In this document: positions 45,001 to 64,000 of the stretch, one piece after another
How the letters are laid out: the number at the start of each line of letters is the position of its first letter
Numbering within the stretch: position 1 is the stretch's first letter
Assembly: GCA_964057225.1 (NCBI GenBank)
Contig: OZ059898.1
Location: 3,782,001-3,846,000 of the forward strand
DNA: 64,000 bases
Direction: 5' to 3'
DNA from: Auanema rhodensis
Taxonomy: Eukaryota > Animalia > Nematoda
The notes under the pieces: model-generated
The model's database searches: none
Seen by the model: the letters and a program-made list of their open reading frames with translations, nothing else
What the model was told of the DNA's origin: nothing
Program-made: the position numbers and the translations under genes

Positions 45001-48000
45001 GAGCTTTTCTCAATGTAGTATAGTGCATTCGATGCGGATTTTTAAGCTGCGTCGATCTGTGTTATCAGATTTGGGCTAGCTTGAAAATGCACCGAGATAT
45101 CAACTGATATAGGTTCACACTTATATCCTCGATTTTCACCCTGAAGAATTAATTTTTTCGTTGAATAACAATGTCCATCGTCTTTGTCTTGAAAAAAGGA
45201 ATCTAAAAACATCTACTTTTTGTGAAATTATTTGGAAATTTTTCGGGAAAATTTTTGTCAAAATGTTTTTGGAACCAATTTTGAGTGTACATGGAAATTC
45301 AACATACAGTAATGCATCATTTTTCAAACGATCATAACTAATTTTTGTATTGAGCTTTTCTCAATGTAGTATAGTGCATTCGATGCGGATTTTTAAGCTG
45401 CGTCGATCTGTGTTATCAGATTTGGGCTAGCTTGAAAATGCACCGAGATATCAACTGATATAGGTTCACACTTATATCCTCGATTTTCACCCTGAAGAAT
45501 TAATTTTTTCGTTGAATAACAATGTCCATCGTCTTTGTCTTGAAAAAAGGAATCTAAAAACATCTACTTTTTATAAAATTATTTGGAAATTTTTCGGGAA
45601 AATTTTTGTCAAAATGTTTTTGGAACCAATTTTGAGTGTACATGGAAATTCAACATACAGTAATGCATCATTTTTCAAACGATCATAACTAATTTTTGTA
45701 TTGAGCTTTTCTCAATGTAGTATAGTGCATTCGATGCGGATTTTTAAGCTGCGTCGATCTGTGTTATCAGATTTGGGCTAGCTTGAAAATGCACCGAGAT
45801 ATCAACTGATATAGGTTCACACTTATATCCTCGATTTTCACCCTGAAGAATTAATTTTTTCGTTGAATAACAATGTCCATCGTCTTTGTCTTGAAAAAAG
45901 GAATCTAAAAACATCTACTTTTTGTGAAATTATCTGGAAATTTTTCGGGAAAATTTTTGTCAAAATGTTTTTGGAAGCAATTTTGAGTGTACATGGAAAC
46001 TCTTTTTCAACTCAACATACAGTAATGCATCATTTTTCAAACGATCATAACTAATTTTTGTATTGAGCTTTTCTCAATGTAGTATAGTGCATTCGATGCG
46101 GATTTTTAAGCTGCGTCGATCTGTGTTATCAGATTTGCGCTAGCTTGAAAATGCACCGAGATATCAACTGATATAGGTTCACACTTATATCCTCGATTTT
46201 CACCCTGAAGAATTAATTTTTTCGTTGAATAACAATGTCCATCGTCTTTGTCTTGAAAAAAGGAATCTAAAAACATCTACTTTTTGTGAAATTATCTGGA
46301 AATTTTTCGGGAAAATTTTTGTCAAAATGTTTTTGGAAGCAATTTTGAGTGTACATGGAAACTCTTTTTCAACTCAACATACAGTAATGCATCATTTTTC
46401 AAACGATCATAACTAATTTTTGTATTGAGCTTTTCTCAATGTAGTATAGTGCATTCGATGCGGATTTTTAAGCTGCGTCGATCTGTGTTATCAGATTTGG
46501 GCTAGCTTGAAAATGCACCGAGATATCAACTGATATAGGTTCACACTTATATCCTCGATTTTCACCCTGAAGAATTAATTTTTTCGTTGAATAACAATGT
46601 CCATCGTCTTTGTCTTGAAAAAAGGAATCTAAAAACATCTACTTTTTGTGAAATTATTTTGAAATTTTTCGAAAAAATTTTTGTCAAAATGTTTTTGGAA
46701 GCAATGTTGAGTGTACATGGAAACTCAACATACACTAATGCATCATTTTTCAAACGATCATAACTAATTTTTGTATCAAGCGTTTCTCAATGTAGTATAG
46801 TGCATTCGATGCGGATTTTTAAGCTGCGTCGATCTGTGTTATCAGATTTGCGCTAGCTTGAAAATGCACCGAGATATCAACTGATATAGGTTCACACTTA
46901 TATCCTCGATTTTCACCCTGAAGAATTAATTTTTTCGTTGAATAACAATGTCCATCGTCTTTGTCTTGAAAAAAGGAATCTAAAAACATCTACTTTTTGT
47001 GAAATTATCTGGAAATTTTTCGGGAAAATTTTTGTCAAAATGTTTTTGGAAGCAATTTTGAGTGTACATGGAAACTCTTTTTCAACTCAACATACAGTAA
47101 TGCATCATTTTTCAAACGATCATAACTAATTTTTGTATTGAGCTTTTCTCAATGTAGTATAGTGCATTCGATGCGGATTTTTAAGCTGCGTCGATCTGTG
47201 TTATCAGATTTGGGCTAGCTTGAAAATGCACCGAGATATCAACTGATATAGGTTCACACTTATATCCTCGATTTTCACCCTGAAGAATTAATTTTTTCGT
47301 TGAATAACAATGTCCATCGTCTTTGTCTTGAAAAAAGGAATCTAAAAACATCTACTTTTTGTGAAATTATCTGGAAATTTTTCGGGAAAATTTTTGTCAA
47401 AATGTTTTTGGAAGCAATTTTGAGTGTACATGGAAACTCTTTTTCAACTCAACATACACAAATGCATCATTTTTCAAACGATCATAACTAATTTTTGTAT
47501 TGAGTTTTTCTCAATGTAGTATAGTGCATTCGATGCGGATTTTTAAGCTGCGTCGATCTGTGTTATCAGATTTGGGCTAGCTTGAAAATGCACCGAGATA
47601 TCAACTGATATAGGTTCACACTTATATCCTCGATTTTCACCCTGAAGAATTAATTTTTTCGTTGAATAACAATGTCCATCGTCTTTGTCTTGAAAAAAGG
47701 AATCTAAAAACATCTACTTTTTGTGAAATTATCTGGAAATTTTTCGGGAAAATTTTTGTCAAAATGTTTTTGGAAGCAATTTTGAGTGTACATGGAAACT
47801 CTTTTTCAACTCAACATACACAAATGCATCATTTTTCAAACGATCATAACTAATTTTTGTATTGAGCTTTTCTCAATGTAGTATAGTGCATTCGATGCGG
47901 ATTTTTAAGCTGCGTCGATCTGTGTTATCTGATTTGCGCTAGCTTGAAAATGCACCGAGATATCAACTGATATAGGTTCACACGTATATCCTCGATTTTC

Positions 48001-49349
48001 ACCCTGAAGAATTAATTTTTTCGTTGAATAACAATGTCCATCGTCTTTGTCTTGAAAAAAGGAATCTAAAAACATCTACTTTTCATAAAATTATTTGGAA
48101 ATTTTTCGGGAAAATTTTTGTCAAAATGTTTTTGGAACCAATTTTGAGTGTACATGGAAATTCAACATACACAAATGCATCATTTTTCAAACGATCATAA
48201 CTAATTTTTGTATTGAGCTATTCTCAATGTAGTATAGTGCATTCGATGCGGATTTTCAAGCTGCGTCGATCTGTGTTATCCGATTTGCGCTAGCTTGAAA
48301 ATGCACCGAGATATCAACTGATATAGGTTCACACGTATATCCTCGATTTTCACCCTGAAGAATTAATTTTTTCGTTGAATAACAATGTCCATCGTCTTTG
48401 TCTTGAAAAAAGGAATCTAAAAACATCTACTTTTCATAAAATTATTTGGAAATTTTTCGGGAAAATTTTTGTCAAAATGTTTTTGGAACCAATTTTGAGT
48501 GTACATGGAAACTCTTTTTCAACTCAACATACAGTAATGCATCATTTTTCAAACGATCATAACTAATTTTTGTATTGAGCTTTTCTCAATGTAGTATAGT
48601 GCATTCGATGCGGATTTTTAAGCTGCGTCGATCTGTGTTATCTGATTTGCGCTAGCTTGAAAATGCACCGAGATATCAAATGATATAGGTACACACTTAT
48701 ATCCTCGATTTTCACCCTGAAGAATTAATTTTTTCGTTGAATAACACTGTCCATCGTCTTTGTCTTGAAAAAAGGAATCTAAAAATATCTACTTTATGTG
48801 AAATTATTTGGAAATTTTTCGGGAAAATTTTTGTCAAAATGTTTTTGGAACCAATTTTGAGTGTACATGGAAATTCAACATACACAAATGCATCATTTTT
48901 CAAACGATCATAACTAATTTTTGTATTGAGTTTTTCTCAATGTAGTATAGTGCATTCGATGCGGATTTTTAAGCTGCGTCGATCTGTGTTATCAGATTTG
49001 CGCTAGCTTGAAAATGCACCGAGATATCAACTGATATAGGTTCAGACTTATATCCTCGATTTTCACCGTGAAGAATTAATTTTTTCGTTGAATAACAATG
49101 TCCATCGTCTTTGTCTTGAAAAAAGGAATCTAAAAACATCTACTTTTTGCTAAATTATCTGGAAATTTTTCGGGAAAATTTTCGTCAAAATGTTTTTGGA
49201 AGCAATTTTGAGTGTACATGGAAACTCTTTTTCAACTCAACATACAGTAATGCATCATTTTTCAAACGATCATAACTAATTTTTGTATTGAGCTTTTCTC
49301 AATGTAGTATAGTGCATTCGATGCGGATTTTTAAGCTGCGTCGATCTGT
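1..49349 (+). repeat. Satellite DNA array, ~140 head-to-tail monomers of 351 bp (362-bp and 350-bp variants); extends beyond the left edge
   Basis: Near-identical unit recurs throughout. ORF-track spacings are 351 or 362 (305/667/1029 = 362; 41275/41626/41977 = 351). The 362 form has GGAAACTCTTTTTCAACTCAAC where the 351 form has GGAAACTCAAC; the 350 form has ATTTTTGAGA where others have ATTTTTCGAGA. Confidence 0.99.
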
Positions 49350-49354
49350 TCCAA

Positions 49355-50500
49355 AAAGACGATGGACATTGTTATTCAACGAAAAAATTAATTCTTCACG
49401 GTGAAAATCGAGGATATAAGTGTAAACCTATATCAGTTGATATCTCGGTGCATTTTCAAGCTAGCGCAAATCTGATAACACGGATCGACGCAGCTTAAAA
49501 ATCCGCATCGAATGCACTATACTACATTGAGAAAAGCTCAATACAAAAATTAGTTATGATCGTTTGAAAAATGATGCATTACTGTATGTTGAGTTGAAAA
49601 AGAGTTTCCATGTACACTCAAAATTGCTTCCAAAACCATTTTGACAAAAATTTTCCCGAAAAATTTCAAAATAATTTTATAAAAAGTAGATGTTTTTAGA
49701 TTTCTTTTTTCAAGACAAAGACGATGGACATTGTTATTCAACGAAAAAACTTATTCTTTGGAGTAAAAATCGAGGATATAAGTGTGAACCTATATCAGTT
49801 GATATCTCGGTGCATTTTCAAGCTAGCGCAAATCTGATAACACAGATCGACGCAGCTTAAAAATCCGCATCGATTGCCCTATACTACATTGAGAAAAGCT
49901 CAATACAAAAATTAGTTATGATCGTTTGAAAAATGATGCATTACTGTATGTTGAGTTTCCATGTACACTCAACATTGCTTCCAAAAACATTTTGACAAGA
50001 ATTTTTTCGAAAAATTTCCGAATAATTTCACAAAAAGTAGATGTTTTTAGATTTCTTTTTTCAAGACAAAGACGATGGACATTGTTATTCAACGAAAAAA
50101 TTAATTCTTCAGGGTGAAAATCGAGGATATAAGTGTGAACCTATATCATTTGATATCTCGGTGCATTTTCAAGCTAGCGCAAATCTGATAACACAGATCG
50201 ACGCAGCTTAAAAATCCGCATCGAATGCACTATACTACATTGAGAAACGCTTAATACAAAAATTAGTTATGATTGTTTGAAAAATGATGCATTAGTGTAT
50301 GTTGAGTTTCCATGTACACTCAAAATTGCTTCCAAAAACATTTTGACAAAAATTTTCCCGAAAAATTTCCAAATAATTTTATAAAAAGTAGATGTTTTTA
50401 GATTCCTTTTTTCAAGGCAAAGACGATGGACAATGTTATTCAACGAAAAAACTTATTCTTTGGAGTAAAAATCAGAGATTCAAGTGTAAACCGATATCAG
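49355..50500 (-). repeat. Inverted terminal block of the same satellite (~3.2 monomers, more diverged)
   Basis: From AAAGACGATGGACATTG (49355) the sequence is the reverse complement of the monomer, and the satellite ORFs switch strand (49550-49741 -, 49926-50117 +). Similarity decays in the last ~50 bp and ends near ...CCGATATCAG (50500). Confidence 0.97.
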
Positions 50501-50625
50501 CGATTATTTTTCCCTAGGGTTATATATAGATCTAGATTTCTAAAATTTGAATGTTTTTTCCAATTTGTATCTGGCACAGCGTTTCAAAACATATCTCCAA
50601 TTTTTATAATTTTAATATTATAAGA

Positions 50626-50750
50626 TTTTGTTCAGGCTGAGCCTATCATAATTTTTTTTTTAAAAAACTATATACGTCGAAATATGAACATCTGTATTTC
50701 TGAACGATTTTTGCGGCAACAATTTTATGATAGGCTTAGCCTGAACAAAA
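50626..50750. repeat. 26-bp inverted repeat pair with 73-bp spacer; each arm is itself palindromic (AGGCT-N-AGCCT). Candidate DNA-elimination (SFE-like) sites or MITE
   Basis: Left arm 50626-50651 TTTTGTTCAGGCTGAGCCTATCATAA; right arm 50725-50750 TTATGATAGGCTTAGCCTGAACAAAA; 25/26 reverse-complement match. Confidence refers to the repeat itself, not its function. Confidence 0.92.
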
Positions 50751-50951
50751 ATTTAATAGAAAATTTAATGATAGAAATATATAACTAGTGGAAAATTGTT
50801 TTTTCTTATTAATTTTTATTGAAGTTCATAAATTGCCGGGCGACAAAGATTGCAGAGCATACTTGCCTTAATCGACAAGTAGATTATAGTCTTGTACTAT
50901 AAGCAGATAGGGCAAGGAAAATTAAATAATTATCATGTTAAAGCTGTCGCT

Positions 50952-50957
50952 TTTATT
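50952..50957 (-). terminator. Putative polyadenylation signal (AATAAA) of the 5-phosphatase gene
   Basis: AATAAA on the minus strand, 8 nt downstream of the TAG stop at 50966-50968. Confidence 0.5.
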
Positions 50958-50965
50958 TCATTTCA

Positions 50966-52644
50966 CTACTGTATGTGATCTATTATAGTAAATGACTTTG
51001 ATATTCCAACGATGCAATTTTTAGATGTTGAGAAATAACCAAGTCGATACGTACCCTTAGAAATGGACGTGAATTCACAAACATAGTATCTGCATAGTTA
51101 ACTTATAAAGCTACTTCGAATAGAAACTAACTTCATATTATCAATGCTTTGCTCAAAGCAAGTGGTTGCCCATACCCATTTCAAAGGAGATAAACAGTCT
51201 TCTATGTGAGCCTGTAAAAAGTTTATTTCTTGGTATTCAAACAGTTACTTACATCATACAGTCCTATCCAATCAGTGAAACTACCAGTACTTTCCCAAAA
51301 ATGTCCAATATATTTAAATCGAGATATAAAAGGAATACTGGAATATGAGATTCGTATGTGTTCGAAAATCACGTCAAATGTCAAATCTCTTGGATCCGGT
51401 AACTGTAAAATTCAAACTCTTCTGTTTCTCTCATAAAACGGAACTTGTAAACTGTATAAGCCATGTACTGGCTTATGATCGCTAACCCGAACAGAAGTCA
51501 AGGAGGAATATTCGATGGGAGAAATATTAATACCCTGCAATTTTCTCATTAGCATCATTTCGTAGTTTATGTTCACTTTGAAGAGTATTCTATCACACCA
51601 AGACGGAATCCTACGCCAATCCAGATTATTAGAATCGTGCTCGTATCTGGAACAATCTTTTTTTGTAATAAATTTTTCAGAACAAAATTTTTGACAGTAT
51701 AAACCTATATGTTGGGGGAAAAGAAATAGCAGCTTCGTTGAAGTCAAACATCAGTTCATGGTTTTTCATGCCTTTAATGAGTTGATCATGATTAACTAAA
51801 ACGAAAATAAAAAATATCAGAGCATTGATAATGAAAACCTAAAATTTCTTCAAATTGTAATAATTGTAAAAGCGATCTGCACTTTTCTGCATTTAAATCT
51901 ACACGAAAATTCAAATCACCAAACCAAAAGATATGGCTACTATAAAAAGAAAATGTAAATAATAAAGCGTTAATGTGTCCAAACTTGATAGAATCTATGT
52001 CCTCGAAACAGCAATATTTATTGGAGTAATATTGATTTATTCGTTTCGAATAATTTGCAGAATCATGAATAAAGTGACTGTTCACGAACACCAGACATAC
52101 ATTATGCTAAGTAGAAATTTTTTAAATAACTTTAACCCGTCCAACCTTAAGCAAGACTCGGATGCCTAAAGAACCTTTGTGACCTGTTAACCCACCCAAG
52201 GTATTCTTCATGTATCGATAAGAAATATTTTTTATCTGGAAGATAAGTTTATTATAATTATTTGCAAAAACAACCACATTAAGGATGAGCTTTCGCTTTA
52301 CGAAGATCAGTAACACATTAGTAGCTTGTGAAGATTTAGCTATCAATGCCATTTCCTCTCTGAACTATACACTGTACAGAAATTCCAAAAGCGCCTACTT
52401 TTCACCCATAACACTCATTATACTCTTTGTCCATGTATCACCGACTCCAAACAGAGCTTCCGAATGGGGAACTTCCTTGTATGTCATTTATAACAATATT
52501 CATTGAAGTGAAAAAAACCTGTAAACCAATAGCAACAACATATGGCTTCCTGGAGATTACAGTCGTAATCATTTGGGTAACAGCATCCAGAGACGCCTTT
52601 CTCATAGCAACATTAAAAGTAAGTATTCCGACACCCCAATCCAT
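50966..52644 (-). CDS. Inositol polyphosphate 5-phosphatase with C-terminal SKICH domain (INPP5K/SKIP-INPP5J-like), 12 exons
   Basis: Manual splicing through GT-AG introns of ~40-55 bp gives a continuous frame from ATG 52644 to TAG 50966. It carries the 5-phosphatase motifs TFNV, IGLQE, GHKG, NSHF, FWFGDLNFR, FPPTYR, RIPSWCDRILF and SDHKPV, then SKICH-like SFTDWIGLY...YRLGYFS...GISKSF in the last three exons, which the ORF track misses. Confidence 0.88.
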
Positions 52645-52944
52645 TTCCTTTTTTTTTGCGAAGGTTTAGAAATAAATCTATAACTTAACTTTATTGCAAG
52701 TAATTTATGTGAACCAACACAACAAGATTCTTAGACTGTAAATGCTTTTTTTAACGACTAAAGGAAGGTATATTATGCTGGGCAAATAAATAATTCAATT
52801 ATAAAAAATACTAATGCTTATTGTACAATTAATTACATCAGTATTATGGGAATAATTACAAAAACCCGTTTCATGGTAATGACCAGGAATATTTTGAAAA
52901 CGTAGACGATATTCATGATTTAAACGCTCAACCCTGACGAAAAA

Positions 52945-54627
52945 TTACTTTCCTGTAAGGGTTTTTCGAAGCCGTTTTTTTGCAGGACCTGGCCCCAGTC
53001 GAACATTTGAAGAATCTTCATAGTATTCATCACATGACAATACGGCCTCCAATAGCTCGGTGGCTAGCTCATGCCTCTCCTTGAGAATACAAATTTTTTT
53101 TTAAAAATTTTGATAGAACTTACTTTTTTCATATTTCTCCATTCCGGTGTTCGAATTACACTTTTCAAATGAAATGATAAAAATCGTATGACAGCCTGAA
53201 ATTAAAATATCAAGAATAGCTCATTAAAGAAAATTGAAACTTGTTTCAAGAACGTAGCAGAAAACGTATCAGCAAAAAGTGCGATTGACGTTACATTTTT
53301 TTGTGATAGTGATTGAGCTATTATTCTTTCACAGTGTTCTTTCAGAATAAGAACTTCGTATTTATCGGCTGAAAATTAAAATATACAGCTGCAATATTCA
53401 TATCTTGTACGCAATGTCATACCTACAGCTAAGATATCATCAACGCTATTGGAATTTTCAAGACACTCCATCGATCCTGTGTACATAAACTCAACCATTG
53501 CGCGCACCTTAACTTCAGAAAGTATTTATTGAAACCGGAAGCAAAACACTACCGATTCATATTTAGCATCCATCATATCAATAACGCCTTCTTGTGCTTC
53601 TATCATGGAAGCGTTTAAAAACATCGAACGAAATACGGGAGAATGCTGTCCTAAGACACATCGATGGGCTTTGATAGTTTTAGTTCCAATCTAAAAAATA
53701 TAAACTGCTTGTCTTAAGCATAAAACTTACTTTTATAATGCAATCAGAAAAAACTTCATTTTCCCACATTTCTCTGTTGTTTTCTCTCACACTGATCTCT
53801 GCCTTATCTTCCGTATCCTCTAATGTACATTCTTCATCATCAGCAGGCTCAACAGATATTTTAGAACCAGGAGGAAAGTATTCAACTTCACAAATAAGCA
53901 AAAGGGAACCATCTGATCGTAAAGCTCCTGACATTTTTTCGCGAGAAACCTAGATGGAATCCGAATAAAATTTTATAACATAAAACACGAACTTGAAATT
54001 TCCCCCGGCCTTGTTGATTCGTAAAATCTTTAGTATCACGACAAACGCTTATTCTAACTGCATTTCCATCGAGAGCATATATTTGAAATTCTGTCATAAT
54101 CGGTTCCTCACCCCTCTAAAGCAAAAGAAACCTTATGAAATTGAAAGACAAGATTTGTTTCGAGTTACTTGTAGCCCAACTTGACGAAGAAAAAATGAAA
54201 CATTATTAGAATCTTCTTCCCGTTTACCATTTGGATAAACATGAAGCTCCCAGCAAACTGTTGGTGCCTGATAGGGAAAATATTATATTTAGAATAAATC
54301 AGAAAACCTGCGGTACTCCGAACTGCCTGCTTATGAGATTCTGCCCATTTTTGAAGAGCTTCATCAACTTTTCGAACTAAAAGGTTTATTTATTAATAAA
54401 AATATTAAATACTAACTTGATCAATTTTCCACTCCAATTTTGTTGATAAAGCAGTAACCTTGGTTGCTTGTTTGGATATTACTTCTAACCTTTTCCCCTG
54501 TGAGAGATTCGAATCATCATCTGAAATCCCATAGATACTAATTTTTTATTAGTTCACAAATACTTCTGGCAAATGATCTGGAGCTTCCAGCCGAGTTGTT
54601 AGCATTAAACGATCTAGACATTTTCAT
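52945..54627 (-). CDS. mel-26: MEL-26, MATH-BTB substrate adaptor of the CUL-3 ubiquitin ligase, 11 exons
   Basis: Spliced product contains KVTALSTKLEWKIDQFEKLMK, APTVCWELHVYPNGKREED, EEPIMTEFQIYALD, SVCRDTKDFTNQQGRGKFQV and LICEVEYFPPGSKISVE (MATH); IKAHRCVLGQHSPVFRSMF, VRAMVEFMYTG and ADKYEV (BTB); and a C-terminal basic PAKKRLRK. This closely matches C. elegans MEL-26 as I recall it. Start is ATG 54627 or the in-frame ATG at 54621; stop TAA at 52945-52947. Confidence 0.92.
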
Positions 54628-55033
54628 AGGTTATACAAATCCATAACACCAGTGAACCGAAAACAAAGCAAATTAATCAATTCTATTTTTACCCATACAC
54701 AAATTACGTAGGGAAAGCATAAAAACCTTAGATCTTTGAAACAAATATAAAAAAATATAAAATACAAATACATAAAAACAATTTGCTATGTAAATATCGT
54801 GACGGGCCTGCTTTACTCTGACACAAAGACGTCATTGAAAAATAGTTTTCAAATTGCCGCATTTGTATAACATGCACATCAGTATCATTTTTGGAGAGTA
54901 GCCAATTTTCGAATTTTTTTTTATGAACAGGGTTATATGTTATAAATTTGTTTTATTCAAATTACAATTTTTATTATATGTTATATATAAATTACTATTT
55001 ATAGATTTTTACGTCGGGGATTATTCTCAAACT
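54628..55033. promoter_or_regulatory. Short divergent intergenic region (probable bidirectional promoter/outrons) between mel-26 and prp-8
   Basis: 406 bp separate two head-to-head start codons. The flanks are T-rich on each gene's sense strand and the centre is slightly GC-richer (~54795-54865). Confidence 0.6.
54998..55004 (+). promoter_or_regulatory. Putative trans-splice acceptor (TTTATAG) for prp-8
   Basis: Acceptor-like TTTATAG after an AT-rich outron-like tract, 29 nt upstream of ATG 55034. Confidence 0.45.

Positions 55034-64000
<8,967 letters not shown>

Noticed and set aside
1-49349. CRISPR array or tandem rRNA/tRNA/5S/histone gene cluster
   Set aside because: There are no unique spacers, the context is eukaryotic, and the monomer has no recognisable 5S, tRNA or histone sequence.
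305-50117. About 70 repeated 63-aa ORFs (MNNNVHRL..., MKNDALLY...)
   Set aside because: They start at TTG rather than ATG, appear and vanish with the 11-bp indel and single SNPs, occur on both strands of the same DNA and resemble no protein I know. They are by-products of the satellite.
50505-50545. Cluster of short palindromes (CCCTAGGG, TATATATA, ATCTAGAT) just outside the array
   Set aside because: They are 8-bp palindromes in AT-rich DNA with no larger structure, too weak to distinguish from chance.
50426-50623. 65-aa ORF crossing the satellite edge
   Set aside because: It starts inside satellite sequence, has low complexity and shows no recognisable homology or splice structure.
50726-50742. 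Interstitial telomere array
   Set aside because: Only 9 nt are in TTAGGC register and there is no tandem (TTAGGC)n anywhere in the window. Treated as part of the palindromic motif instead.
51412-51450. Ending the 5-phosphatase at the ORF-track stop 51412 (…VPFYERNRRV)
   Set aside because: That segment is an intron (GTTCCG…TTTTACAG). Splicing continues into three SKICH-domain exons ending at 50966.

Overview
Eukaryotic, AT-rich DNA, very probably from a rhabditid-type nematode (near-identical MEL-26 and PRP-8 orthologues, 40-50 bp introns). Bases 1-49349 are a satellite array of about 140 monomers (351 bp, with 362 and 350 bp length variants) with regional variant domains and higher-order duplications. 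At 49350-49355 the array flips orientation, and about 3.2 inverted, more diverged monomers run to ~50500. About 125 bp further on lie two inverted copies of a 26-bp degenerate palindrome with a GGC-NNN-GCC core and telomere-like TAGGC sequence (50626-50750). This is my best candidate for a programmed DNA elimination break and telomere-healing site separating an eliminated satellite block from retained genes. That reading is inference; a MITE is the alternative. Gene-dense DNA follows: an inositol polyphosphate 5-phosphatase with a SKICH domain (minus strand), mel-26 (minus strand), and a divergent, very intron-rich prp-8 (plus strand) that runs off the window just before its C-terminus. The 63-aa ORFs in the satellite are artefacts. 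All exon structures and counts were read by hand.
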